From Phyllobates terribilis (Eukaryota): a stretch of 64,000 bases of DNA. Below are positions 22,201 to 35,132 of the stretch, in pieces. Each line of letters opens with the position of its first letter. Positions within the stretch are counted from its first letter, which is position 1. A program made the position numbers and the translations under genes. The notes below the pieces were generated by a model, which saw only the letters and a list, made by a program, of their open reading frames with translations, was not told where the DNA came from and ran no database searches. The DNA is taken from contig NW_027362767.1 in assembly GCF_046119375.1 (NCBI RefSeq), forward strand, positions 444,292,001 through 444,356,000, given 5' to 3'.

Positions 22201-24130
22201 CTACAATCTTTGGATTTTGTACTTTTGCAATTATGCCTTGTTTTCTAATCTTTCCATAAACACAGTAACATTAATGATGATTTATCCTCTAATGTAGTAT
22301 TACATTTATTCTGATCTACAGCAAACTAATGATTATTCATTTTCCTGCTATTTTGCATTTCTGTACCTTGCTCAGGTGTCAATATCCAACGTACAGAAAT
22401 CTAGGAAAGGAAATTAATCTTGGGTGCTATGTATCGCTGCAGAATCCATGTTGGATTTTGTTTTACCTTTGCTCCGGTCCATTCTGTCCAACCTCTTTGT
22501 CTTCTGAGCTCAACTCTTCCTGCTCCAGACAATTACATTTATGAAACAAAAAGACGCATCCCATTCACCGCCATGTTCTATTTTACAGGACTCGTCCTTT
22601 GTCCCCCGGGTCCCTGTTGTCTCTCGCTGGCAGTAGGATATGAAGAGGCACCTCTTATCCGTCTCGATTTACAGATTGAGTCTCCAGCATTGGGATGTGC
22701 TACAATCCTTGGATTTTGTACTTTTTGCGTTAAAGTTTGATTGTTTCTTGTTTTCCAATCTTTGGATCAACACAATAACATTATTGATGATTGATCCTCT
22801 AATTTATTATTACATTTATTGTGATCTGCAACAAACCATTGGTTATTAATTTTCCACTATTTTGCATTATCTGATCCATCTAACTATACTTTTATTATGA
22901 TGTGATCACTGATTATCATATTGCCCTCTTGGTATTTTTTCTCCTAGGACTGTGCGTTCTCTTTATCTCTGGGCTGTTACTGTTGCCGATTCTTTATTGA
23001 TTCGGCGTACAGAAGGTTTTCGGGGTGTCTGAAGTGGTTGCATTACACCGTCTTCGCCTGGTTTTATTTATGCAATGTATTATTTTAGTACTGAAAACTT
23101 AATAAAGTGCAAAGACTTTTGAGGATTATGGACTGAACTTATTTTTTTTTCATCGGGACTTTGGAATATACTTGTAGCATTTACGCCGAATGTAAAAATA
23201 GACTTTGGTTTCGTAGAGAGGAGAGCACTAAGCAATAATGCTTTATGATGGATGAGGCCCGGGCCATTTCCATAGACAAAGAAGAAAAGGTGATGTGGAA
23301 TATATTATAGGTTAGTGAAATACTAGAGACCAAGAGCACATACAACATATAGCATCAATCTAATTAACTTCCATGCACTTAACCAGGAAAGCGAAGCTCG
23401 GTAATATCCAGCGGCAGGCGTCCGGTATTTACTGCGCTCCCATCACCCAGGAAAACTGCATTTCCCTAATTCCTTTTCTCTGCTCTATCTTGTTAAATCT
23501 CATCTTTCTTGTATCACGCCATCTCAGAAATGATGTGCAAAGTGTTCTCCGCTGTCAGAGAGTCCGGGGATTTAGAAGATGTTTTGAGTTAATACAAGTT
23601 GTACCTAATTATAATTCTGGAATTAATTCATAAGCATGAAATTAATTCTTGGTGTTGTCTGTAATATCCAATGTACACTGGTGTGCTAAAAGGGGTTATG
23701 AGTAGTGCTCTTCTGCAAATATACTTATTAAAACCTATTTTAAAGACACATTCCCAGCGGGATTCGGTGTAGATCAGAAGTGGAGAATTATGGAAGGAAT
23801 ATTGTCTTAATTGCTCAGGTGGTAAGGTAGAGAATCTAGGAAATAAAAATCATCTTGGGTAACATGTACGTCTGCAGAATCTATGCGGATTTTCCTCCAT
23901 GTTGGAGGCTTTATTTATTCCCTTTGCGTTGGTCCATTCTGTGCAAACCTCTTTATCTTCTGAGCTCAACTCTTCCTGCTCTAAACAAATTCAATTCCGG
24001 AAACAGGAAGACTCATCCCATTCACCGCCATGATAGATCTTACAGCACTTGTCCTTTGTTCCCCGGTCTCTCTAGCAGCGGGGGACAAAGAGGCGCCCCT
24101 TATCCTTCTCAATATACAGATTTAGTCTCC
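22201..24130 (+). repeat. Diverged local duplications, A-B-A'...B'
   Basis: 22201-22360 resembles 22700-22870. 22365-22690 resembles 23810-24130 and shares tgctcaggtg, ctgagctcaactcttcctgctc and cccattcaccgccatg. Confidence 0.8.
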
Positions 24131-25168
24131 TGCCGCAGCACATGTAACTGGTAAATGAGCATCAATGACCATAGGTTTATTTTCCACCATCATGTAGCCT
24201 TCGCCGACCATTAAAAGCTTTTCAAAGGTTTTTATTTTTAATAATTCTCAATCCATTGTTCTCTAATGGTTGCGGTTGTCGGAATAGATTGTTTAATGGC
24301 AGCTGTGAGCCAATGGCTGCCCCTATTCGGACCTACACGCTGGTGGAAACAGGCTTTGGTGCAAGACCAATACGTGGGCCTTTTGCAGTCCAACATCTCT
24401 TCATAATGCACAATTCCTCCTGCTTAAGAGATGGATGTGGCCCCTGACTACTTGGCCCCTGTGCACCTGCACAGGTTGCACCAATGATATGTCCTCACTT
24501 GGACCTTCGCTTTGGAGCCCATGGATGGTTCTGTATTACACAGAGCAGAGTTGTAAGCTTAAAGAACCTACTGAACATTCTGCATATCAGACTGACATTT
24601 ATGCCACACTAAAGATACAAAGTGGCAATATGTGCATCAAGCATGGTAAAAACCAATGTCCCTTTCTGGATCATGTTGCATAACAATATATACGAGCCTG
24701 AACGACTCCAAGAGGGCGATTCATTAATGTCTAGAAGGTGAATGGGACGCTGTGGATAAATTTAGGTTATTTATTGGGAGTTTCACTGGTGCAAATGCCA
24801 AATATAGGAGAAAACGTACTGTATGTTAGCATAGCCTTACATAAACTGCCACAGGACAACGCAGTGGAGATCCATGTGTAGGAGGGTGGCGGGCTGATGA
24901 AGACGCAGTGGCAACAAGTGGGTTGACAGAGTTTTGCTGTGTTTTATCCCTATGGCCGTTATTGTATGCCGGTTATCCTACAGGCTCTGCCTAAAGGCCG
25001 TCCCTGGGAATGCGGGAGGTCTGTCCACTAGAGGAACCATACTATAGGTAGGGATATAGTTTGCATTACATTACTTAGTTAACTCAGGGATTAGATCATC
25101 AGTTGGGAGCAGTTAGAACAGTTTTATAGAAAAGAATATCTGGGTTGCAGGCAGTGAGTTAGTTAGGG

Positions 25169-25860
25169 TGTAGTCCATGACATGGACACCCTAGTTCTGG
25201 GTTCACGACCCTTGCAGCACAGGACAGATGCAGGGCCTGTATAAGAGAGAGTGGAGTGGAGAAGGAAGGCTGAACAGACAGGGAGACAGGTTCCAGCAAG
25301 CAGATACAGTGGAGAAGAGAGTATTTTATCAGTGCAAGTTTTCTGACAGAATGAGGACACATTTGATGCTTGATCTGGACACCCGCACAGTCCTGGGCTT
25401 AAAGCCTACAAGGGGTACTGAGAAGCAGACCTTAGTATCCCTCATGAGGAGATTCTTAGCTGAGTCGCAGAGGAAGTGGAAGATGGTGGGTCTCAGGACA
25501 GGACGTGGATGAACACTGAAAATGGGACATAACCAAGGATACTTCACTAACTAAAGACCATGTCTTAATCTGTATGCGGCAACCGTGTGTAGAAGAATTG
25601 CACAGTAAAAGTGAGCCTGTTAATCCGGATCTAAGATCTCCTGTCTTGTTTGAAGCCGATTCCGGTCCCATGGACAATGTAACAGTGAGTAAAGAAAATC
25701 CTCCATCGCTCGATACACTCCACTCTCAGTCATTTATAGAAGAGGGGACACAGGTCGAAGAGAACTCAACGTGTTGTTACCGCCCCTGTGCCTCCCCCAT
25801 TCACTTGGACGAGTGTACCTTCCCCTAGAAGTGATCTCAGAAGCCGGACCACCGCAGTCA
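25169..25860 (+). mobile_element. Diverged LTR-like sequence
   Basis: TGTAG start, TATAAG followed by a purine-rich tract, and the gtgagtaaag motif shared with the LTR at 62541. The right end and TSD were not found. Confidence 0.4.
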
Positions 25861-28800
25861 TCTGAGCAGAACCATGAAAGCTAGAAAACCGATAAATACA
25901 GACTTGTCTTTCTCATCATGTGCTACTTTCTTAACTCTGAATGCAGAAATCAGGCAATAGTGTAAACTGTGAATTATTAAGAGGCGGCAGAGACGCTTCT
26001 TCAGTGGGGACCATGTCCGATTTATAGGAGGTTTTCGTCCTTCGTCCATCTGTAGGTTTATAAATTCTGTTTAAAGCTTTCTATTCCGATCTCCACTTTA
26101 ATGTTCTTGAAATTGAATGTGAAGTAATAATAATCAGAAGTGGCAGTGCAGTGTGAATGGTGTGTTCAAAGTGAGCGGAGAAAATTCAAGAACATTATTT
26201 AACAGAAGTCCCTGATTTCATCATCAAGGGAATTGGTGGGTGCAAATGTATACAGCCCCCTCTGCCAATATCAGGCAGGTAAAGCCCATCAGGAGAACTC
26301 ATGCCTGCAAATGTTATGGTCTTTTCTGTATCGTACACAGTTGACGTTCTGAATTAAGATGACCGGATAGTCAATGAACTTTTTGAGAACTTTTATGATC
26401 AATAATATTAAACTTTCAAACAGAACTATTTTCTATGCAAAATATTTTATTTATTTTATTTTGTTTTTAAACTATTTTTTTTTAACTGCAGAACTCTGTA
26501 GTTGTGTAACCTTATGTTTTTGGTGACTCATCTGAGAGTCAAGTAAGAATTTTCTCAGTTTGCTTTAGACTTCAAGAAAAAAAAAGTATATTTTTTGACA
26601 ACTTTTCAAAGAACTTCTTTCATGGAGAATGTAATAATAATATTAAGCCTGCGGATAATTATACTGTATTTGGGGGAAGTCTGCAACTTACATTGCTGGT
26701 CTTTCTTAAAGAATGCGATATCCGGGTAATATCTGATAACTGGTGACGTTATTTCCTTTGGCACTGGATAGCTCCAGAAGCTTTCCTTCTCTTGGATGCT
26801 GCAGCAATATTCTACTTCTGTCATAATCATTTTCTTTTTGATTATAGTCATAAATAGAGATGATCCAATGTTTTCAAATTTGAATTCTCAGGTTCGACAA
26901 ATTTTTCCCCCAAAAAAATATGATTTGAAGCAAATTGATTTGCTACAATTTAGAATAATGTAAATCCTCCAATTGCCATTAAATGACATGTTTTGAGAGG
27001 TCTTAGAATTTCTCTTTTAAAATATAACAGCATTTCCTAAAGCATCCTTCTCTTTAAAACCAAGGTGAGCTTTTGTTCTTGAAAAAAATATTACTTTATG
27101 TCCACACAACGCCTTTTTCGGGTGGGCACTCTCTGCATCATGGCTCAAGAAAGTGCTCATAATATGTTCAAAAATAATGAGCATATGTATTTTTTTATGT
27201 AAAAACGTCTTGTGCCTATGATCAGGATTCTTTTCAACTTTTAATGATTTTAGGTTTCAAAAGACACCAAGCGCTATTTTTCAGGCATCTTCCCAGGAGA
27301 TTGAAGGTGCTCGGAAGGCACTTTGAGCGTCTTCTTGTTTCCAGCGTTTTCACTTCTGAAACCTCTAGTGTTTTTTTTTCTATGTTGAATGGAGAAAAAA
27401 ATTACTGGAAAAATTTCAGTGCAAAAGACGACCAGAAGGAGCTGGAAAAATGCTAAAAAAAACAACTCCTTCGATTTCGAAAACATTCAATAAATGCCAG
27501 TGTTTTATGAAGGCTGTGAAACACTTGTGTGCACACATCCTAACAATATTTTTATTGTTCATGCTTCATTGTATGTTGTTTCATAATGACAATAATTTTT
27601 TTTGCAGGTTTTCTTGTTGTAGGATAGTCCCTTGAATTGTTACTATTTTTTATTAATTTTGACTGTCAGTAATAAAGTTACTCGCAGAACTTCCCTCCTC
27701 TCCCTCAGCCTGCGTCGTTTGCTCATTATTGAGAATTCACAATTCAGATGGCTTATATTTTCTTGTAGAGAAAATGTCTGTTCTGAACTATCAGTGATCT
27801 TCCATACAGAATAGATATTATTCCTATAATTATACAATTATGCCCTCTAGGAACATAGATACTAGTCAGTAATTTTGCTCTGTCTCGTTCTGCACAACCA
27901 AAGTTTTGCACCCACTTGACAGCTGTTTCTGTCTCCCCCTAATAACACCAACTTAATATGTCGTTAATGTCTACATTTCTCAGATGTTCTCATTACAGAA
28001 AAAAAAAATCCCACTGTTTATCTGTGATTCCTATATATTTAGTACATTGCCATCAATTTTCTGATTACACTGCAGTAAGCGTGCATCTCCCGCCCTCTGC
28101 ACACACTGACTTGCAGCATACGGCTTTGAAATATCAATAAAATTATGCATATTTAAGCAGTTGACAGCTTTAATGATCAGACGAAAACTTGCAGAGAAAT
28201 ACTTGATATTATTTTAGCGAGAACCTTAATTTTTAGAGCCAGAAATGAGTAAAACGTGTTAACCGCTCAAAATGTTCAATGACTTGAAATTATTAAGCGC
28301 GTTCACACATCAACTTAATGATATATTAAAAAGTTGCAGAAGTTTTACTCTTGAGTTTTAAAATCACAGTTTCTAGTGAAAATCCTCCAGAAAAAAAAAA
28401 ACGAGTGACTGATGATTATTTTTATGGAATGTGAAATACTATGTAACGATGTAACAAAATCAAATAATTCATTGACTATTTTAATAACTTATATATTAAC
28501 ATTTAAGACCTTATTCATTATTTTCTGGGGAGGGGGGTTTGTATCTTTCTTTTTTGGTCTTGTGGCGATTGCTGCCATTTTTGGGGGCCACATTCTTCAA
28601 AAAAGGTGCATTTGCATTAATGTATTATGCACAAAATCAAAAATGCTTTTTATTTTTTTTTTGCACTTTTTTTCAGCCAAAGTCAAATTATCTGTAAAAA
28701 ATGATGCACACAACTCAAACATTTGCTCAAAAATAATTTGGCATAAATAAAAAAAAGTCGTGACACTAGAGAAGCAAGACAAAAAATTTTTACTAATGAA

Positions 28801-30639
28801 TCCCTTAATTGTAGTATTATTTTTTTTTACATTTTTTTTATATGTTTGTATTACAAAAAGAAATTCCGCTAAATAAACCCAACACTAATACTTTTTAAAA
28901 TATACGATCTCTATAGATGATTGAACAAATTCAAATTTGCCCCAAATTTTATAAGCAAAAATTTGAATTGCCAAATTTGTTGTGATTTGCTGCAGGCTTT
29001 TAGAGCAATCACAACTTCTTGTCCCGCCACTGTGAAAGCCCTCTGATCGGCTTTGGGGCACTTCACATTCCAATGTGTCCTACCTCACAACTCTACATGT
29101 GATGGACACACAAAAATGACGTTCACCGCACCCCATGTGACATCATGAAGCCTAGAGAATGGAAGTCCCGGCCAGAGGCAGCAACAAGAATAGAAGATAG
29201 AAGGTGCAAGAGTCAATTGAAGGAATGGCAGTGGCGGTACAGGTACGGGGAGGGCCGAGGAGAGGTGAGAATAAGGGGTTTGTAATTTTTAGCCCTTTTT
29301 CTGCAATTTAATTTTGCATCAAATTCACTTAATGAAAATTGAATTTCCCCTCCACCCCCTGACCAAAGCAAATCTACTTGAGTAGATTTTCAGGAGATTT
29401 AATCAACTCTAATTGTAACATTTGGCAACTATTGATGAGCGAGCACTAATATGATCGAGTGCTCATTGCTCGGGTCGAGCAAATCGCAATGCTCGGGTGC
29501 TCGACCCGAGTAACGAGTCCAATGTAAGTCTATGGGAAACTCGAGCATTTTTCAGGCGGCTCCCCCCGGCGGTCTGAAGAGGGCCTTAAAATTGGCTAAA
29601 TCAATGGGAACAGTGCTCAAATGACATGGGGACAGCATGTGGAAGACACCTGGAAGCATCTCTGACTCCCAGGTCACTTCTGTCAACAACGTGGCCAGAG
29701 TATTACGCCTCTTTTACAGACTCACAATAAAACATACAAAAACAAAGCCAAAATGGATTTCCCTGGGAAATATGTTAAGGAACATCCTTTCCAGGGTAAT
29801 GACTTGTATATAAGGCAAAATAAATAACCTAAAACAAAAATGCTCCTCCACACCTTGGGCTATGTTCACATGTAGAGTTTTTGATGCATTTTTGCACTTT
29901 TGCATTGCTTTCAACAGTGAAAAATACATTCACTGGTAAATGTACTTTTAACATTTCCTTCCTTATATGGTCATGTGGTATGTGAAATATCATCAGACAC
30001 ATCCAGAATGAACATTCATTTCCAGCTGATAAAATCATCAATCCAGCGTTATCAATAGGAAACAGATTTTTTTTTTCCACACGTAGTGTAATACAATAAT
30101 CCCTGACTAGATGCCTGTAAGACACTATCCCAACTGCTATGGGTCACCGGTACACGAATCTCAGATAAGAGAAGTAATATAGTACAATGGAAAATAGAAT
30201 TTCAGCGGCTCCAAAGAGGTTTTTTTGGTATGTTGCACCACCAAAACTGTGAAGGAACGCCAGCAACCCTGCTTATTTTCATGAATGTGTGAGTAAAATC
30301 ACTGTTAAAAAATATGAATCGGTCAATGAGTGCATGGAAAATATCAAGTAATGCACTGTAGAAGAGATATATTTGATTACAATGAACAACACTCATCTTC
30401 AGGTGATGATACCTTGAACCTGTCCCTATAGTAAATGCAGCTAACAGCGGTATCAATAGGGAATAAAATATATTTTTATTTATCTATGTTTTGCGGCAGC
30501 AGCAGTATGCAGTATAAGGCAATAATACCTGGCTGGATTGGTGTAATACGCTATCCATACTGCGATACCTCACCCATAAACAAATTTCAGATAAGACAGG
30601 TAATATTGCAGAATATAAAATCGATTTGAATTGGCCTTC

Positions 30640-31400
30640 CCATTATTAAGGAGTGGGTATCCTATACTGTTATTGCGTATATGTGATTATACCCCCGGTG
30701 GCACTAAAAACCATCTCTGCCGCCAGTGTTGTCAGATGGGATTTTTTTTAATAAGTCTTCAATAAGGGCCATCTGGTACTGCAACATACAACATAGAAGT
30801 GGGTCTCCTATACTGTTATTGCATATGCAGCAAGTTCAAGGGCTGCTCAAAATTAGGACGCACTCCAATAACACTTTGAATAGACATAGTGAAGGGCCTC
30901 AGTACTCTTTTTTTCCCCTTCTTAAGGAGTGGGTCTCCTATGCTGTTATTGCATATGCAGCAATTTCAAGGGCTGCCAAAAATTAGGACGCACTCCAGTA
31001 CCAATTTGAAGAGACGTAGTGGAGGGCCTCAGTTAAAAATTTATTTTCCATTATTAAGGAGTGGGTCTCCTATACTGTTATTGGGGTATACAGCAAGTTC
31101 AAGGGCTTCCAAAAATTACATGTGCTCCAATACCCCTTTGAAGACAGATAGTGTAGAGCCTCTTTAAAAGTGGATTGCAAAGGCGCCAAAAATTAGGACG
31201 CACTCCAATACACCTTTGAAGAGATGTAGAGAAGGGCCTCATTAAAAAAAATGTTCCCATTATAAAGGAGTGAGTCTCCTATACTGTTATTGAGTATGTA
31301 GTGACTACAAGGGCTGCCAAAAATTAGGACGCACTCCAATACCCCTTTGAAGAGATGTAAAGGAGGGCCTCATTAAAAAAATTGTTCCCATTATTAAGTA
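30640..31400. repeat. About 120-bp tandem repeat in the hAT copy 2 3' subterminal region
   Basis: About 6 recurrences of aaggagtgggtctcctatactgttattg...caagggctgcc.aaaattaggacgcactccaata. Confidence 0.85.
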
Positions 31401-31729
31401 GTCGGTCTCCTTTACTGGTAATGCCCATGTATAAAGTGCATGGGCTGAAAAACATTTACCCTGGGGGGTATACATGAACACACTGTATAACATACAGAAT
31501 GTTAGAAGTAGGCCTCTAAAAATATTTCCTACGGGCATCATAAACACACTTAAAAAAATGTATGTGGGTGTTGCATGATGGCCACCTTGTTGATATGGTG
31601 GTGGAGGATGAGGAGAAGGAGAAGGAGGAGGGTGACATAAAATAGACAAAATCAGGAAGCATATACCCATATATGGGTGTAAAGAGGTGCATGGGAAGAG
31701 ACCCCCCCAAAAAACCAACAAATTTGACT

Positions 31730-34546
31730 TTAGTTCTGCTGCTATCTTCCGGTGGTGTCGAGAAGTCTGGCCCAATCCAGCCCCTGTTCATTTTGACAAA
31801 AGTCAACCTGTCAGCATTTTTGTTCTGACAAAATGCTAGCAGCAGGGCACACCAGGACGTCCAAGGCATAGAGAGCCAATTCATACCACGTGTCCAACTT
31901 GGATACCCAATAGTTATAAGTCACAGAGGAATCATGGAGGACGCTGGTACGGTTGGCAAGGAACTTCTTCAGCATGTCCATGTTCTCCATCTCCTCCTCA
32001 TCCTCCTCTTGGTTCTCCTCCTAATTCTCCCTCTCCTTATGCCATCCACGCTGAACAGACGGTATGAATGTTGTGTGGGTAGTACCATCTGTATCGCAGG
32101 AAACCAGCTCCTGTTCCTCCTCCTCCATCTCTTCCTCCTCCATTATCACCAATCCTCATTGAGATTAGATGAGGCTGGGCTGTGTAGCATGACCCTGTAT
32201 AGTTCCTTGCTTCATCTCATCATGCTCTGCATGCAATGCCCCTCTTTAATAGTGAGCAGCGAGAGTTCCAGTAGACAGAGAAGCAGGATGGTGATGCATC
32301 TTGGTGGATTCCTCAAAATTTTGGAGGACGGCACAGATGTCAGACATCCATGATCACTCATCAGCTCCTATGTGCGGAGGCTGACCTGAATACCGACTGT
32401 CTTATTGAAGCTGGTACTCAACAACTGCTCTCTGCTGCTCACAAATCCTTTCCAATATATGCAAACGTTGAATTCCAACGCGTGGTGACATCGCACACCA
32501 GTTGGTGAGCTGGAAGCTGCAAACGCTGCTGAAGCATGGTGAGGGCAGCAGAAGCTGTAGCTGACTTTCTGAAATTGGTACATACGTAGCATACTTTCAG
32601 AAGCAGCTCAGGCAGATCCATGTAAGTTTTGAGAAACTGCTGAACCACTAAGTTGAGCACATGGGCCAGGCATGATATGTCTGTGAGGTTGCCAAGCCTC
32701 AGAGCGGCCACCAGGTTCCAGTCATGGTCACACACGACCATGCCTGGCTGTAGGTTGAGTGGTGACAGCAACAGATCTGCCTGCTCTGTTACAACTTTCA
32801 ACAACTCTGCAGCAGTGTGCGGTTTGTCACCTAAGCAGATTAGCTTTAGCACAACCTGTTGCCGCTTGGCCGAGGCAATGCTGCAGTGCTTCCAGCTTCC
32901 GACTGATGAGGTCATTTCAGACATGGAGGCTGAAGAGAAGGAGGTGCAGGAGCTGTAGAATGTGGGGGCAACCCTGATTGACCCAGGGCCTGCAATCCTT
33001 GGTGTCGGAAGGACGTGTTCCATCCCAGGGTCCGACTGGGTCCTAGCTTCCACTATGTTAACCCTGTGTGCCGTCAGTGAGATGTACCATCCCTGGCCAC
33101 AAGCACTTGTCCACGTGTCCATGGTTAAGTGGATCTTCCCAGTAACTGCGTTGGTGAGGGCACGGCTAATCTTCTGGGACACGTGCTTGTGTAAGGTAGG
33201 GACTGCACACCGGGATAAATAGTGGCGGCTGGAGACCGAGTACCAAGGGACGTCCGCCGCCATGAGGTTGTGGAAAGCTTCCATCTCCATGAGCCTAAAA
33301 GGCAACATTTCCAGTGCAAGCAGTCAAGAAATATGGCAGTTTAGTATTGTGGACTATGTGTGGTTGACTGCGTATTTGTTCTTGCATTCAAAGGACTGGG
33401 GTAGGGACAACTTAACGCTGCTCTGGGACAAGAATGTGGATGTGGTTGCTGATGGTTGTGGTTGCAAGTGTGCAACGACAGGTGCACAGTGGGAGCCATC
33501 TTCGCCTGCACCATGGACAGGGGATTGATGTGTATGCACAACAGCGGAACAGACAGTGGTGTCACTCACAGACACTGTTTCTGGACCCTGGTGTTCAGCC
33601 CAACTAGTCAGTTGCTTTGCTTTCATGTGCCTGAGCATGCTGGTGGTGGTTAGACTGGTAGTTTTGCTGCCCCTGCTGATGCTGGCATTACAGATGTTGC
33701 AAATGGCCTTTTTGGGGTTAACTGGACAGTCTTTAAAAAAGAGCCAGACACTGGAAGACCTAACAGTTGGACTGGTAACTTCTCTCTTGTTAGTTTTCTG
33801 GGGAACAGTTCCCACCTTGTGTCTGTGGCAACCCCACTGTTTGTTACTGCCTGATGTGGTGCTGCACCTCCCTCCCCCTTTGTGGTGCTGTCCTCTATAT
33901 GCATGTCACCTTGCCAGGTTGGGTTAGTGACTTCATCGTCCACCACCTCGTCTTCCATGTACGCACCCTGGGCATTCTCATGACTTGCTGGCAATTGTGT
34001 CTCAACATCATCATTATCCACCTCTTGCGTCAGTAATTGCACTTTTCCACCGTCGCCTTCATGTGACCGTGGCTGCTCAAATATTTGGGCATTGCTACAT
34101 GCCATCTCCTCTTGCCTCGCTTGAAGCGGACCGAGGCCAGAATCTATAAATGGAAATGTGAACAGCTCTTCAGAGTGTCCAAGTGTGGGACCACTTTTCT
34201 CCGGGCACTCGGCATGGTGGGAGGAAGGAGGATCAGGGTAAGGAATATGCGGTCCAGACTCATGGCTACTGAGACTGGACCGTGTGGAAGACAGGGCGGT
34301 GGTGGTCGCAAAGAGACTGGAAGCATTATCTGCTATCCAACCAACAACCTTTGCACACTGCTCTGGCTTCAAGAGTGATGTTCCGCGGCACCCTAGAAAG
34401 TGGGACAGGCAGGTAGGGCGACATGATGTGGGTGCTTGTTGTGCTCCCTCAGCAGGCACAATTTCAGGTTGCCCATGGCCTCGGCCTCTGTGTGCACGAT
34501 CATCATCACGTCCACTTCCCTGCCCCTTGCCACGCGCCTTGACCAT
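31730..34546 (-). pseudogene. hAT transposase pseudogene, copy 2
   Basis: MVKARGKGQG start, intact BED finger (VWLFF..AICNIC..MLRHMKAKQ), HLTMDTWT, CLAHVLNLVVQ, TTRWNST and NADRLTFVKMN. Multiple frameshifts and stops. Confidence 0.93.
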
Positions 34547-34549
34547 TTT

Positions 34550-34920
34550 AAATGAGTAGAATATTTGTCACGTTCCCAAAAATGTCATGGTTATTACCGC
34601 AGTAATATAGGATCGCGTCTGATGACCACGGTTTTAGGCAGTGGCCTTATATATATGGTATTGTTCAGCAACCAAGTGTGAATAGGTTTAAACACACAAC
34701 TGGCAGACTTTAATTGGAGTAGAATATTTGTCATGTTCCCAAAAATGGCAGGATTTTTATCGCAGTAATATAGGATCGCGTCTGATGACCACGGTTTTAG
34801 ACAACGGCCTTATAGATATGGTATTAGTCAGCGACCAAGTGTGAATAGGTTGAACAACACACAACTGGCAGACTTTAAATGGAGTAGAATATTTATCATG
34901 TTCCCAAAATGTCCGGATTA
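34550..34920. repeat. About 164-bp tandem repeat immediately upstream of the copy-2 transposase ATG
   Basis: gagtagaatattt recurs at 34554, 34717 and 34882. Confidence 0.85.
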
Positions 34921-35132
34921 TTAATGCAGTAATATGGGATCACATCTGATAATGGAAAAGTTTGTCTGCTTCCACAATACAGCAATGTGATCAAAATCAA
35001 CCAAATCTGGCTGTTTGCTGCTAGCAAGTAAATGGAATAGTAAAAATGTTGTACTATATTGTTTTGCACCAAAATAATCAGGATTCTGCCTGCATAACTC
35101 CTGCTATCACCAGGATTGATATGCATCAGAAT

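Noticed and set aside
24886-24925. CTGATGAAG hammerhead-like start
   Set aside because: There is no downstream GAAA core and no stem I or III pairing.
25574-25828. 84-aa protein-like ORF
   Set aside because: It falls within an LTR-like segment and has no recognisable homology or convincing exon context.
27124-27165. Hairpin containing AAAGTGC (miR-427/430-type seed)
   Set aside because: The stem is only about 10 bp, the sequence does not follow the mature miRNA, and it is not clustered.
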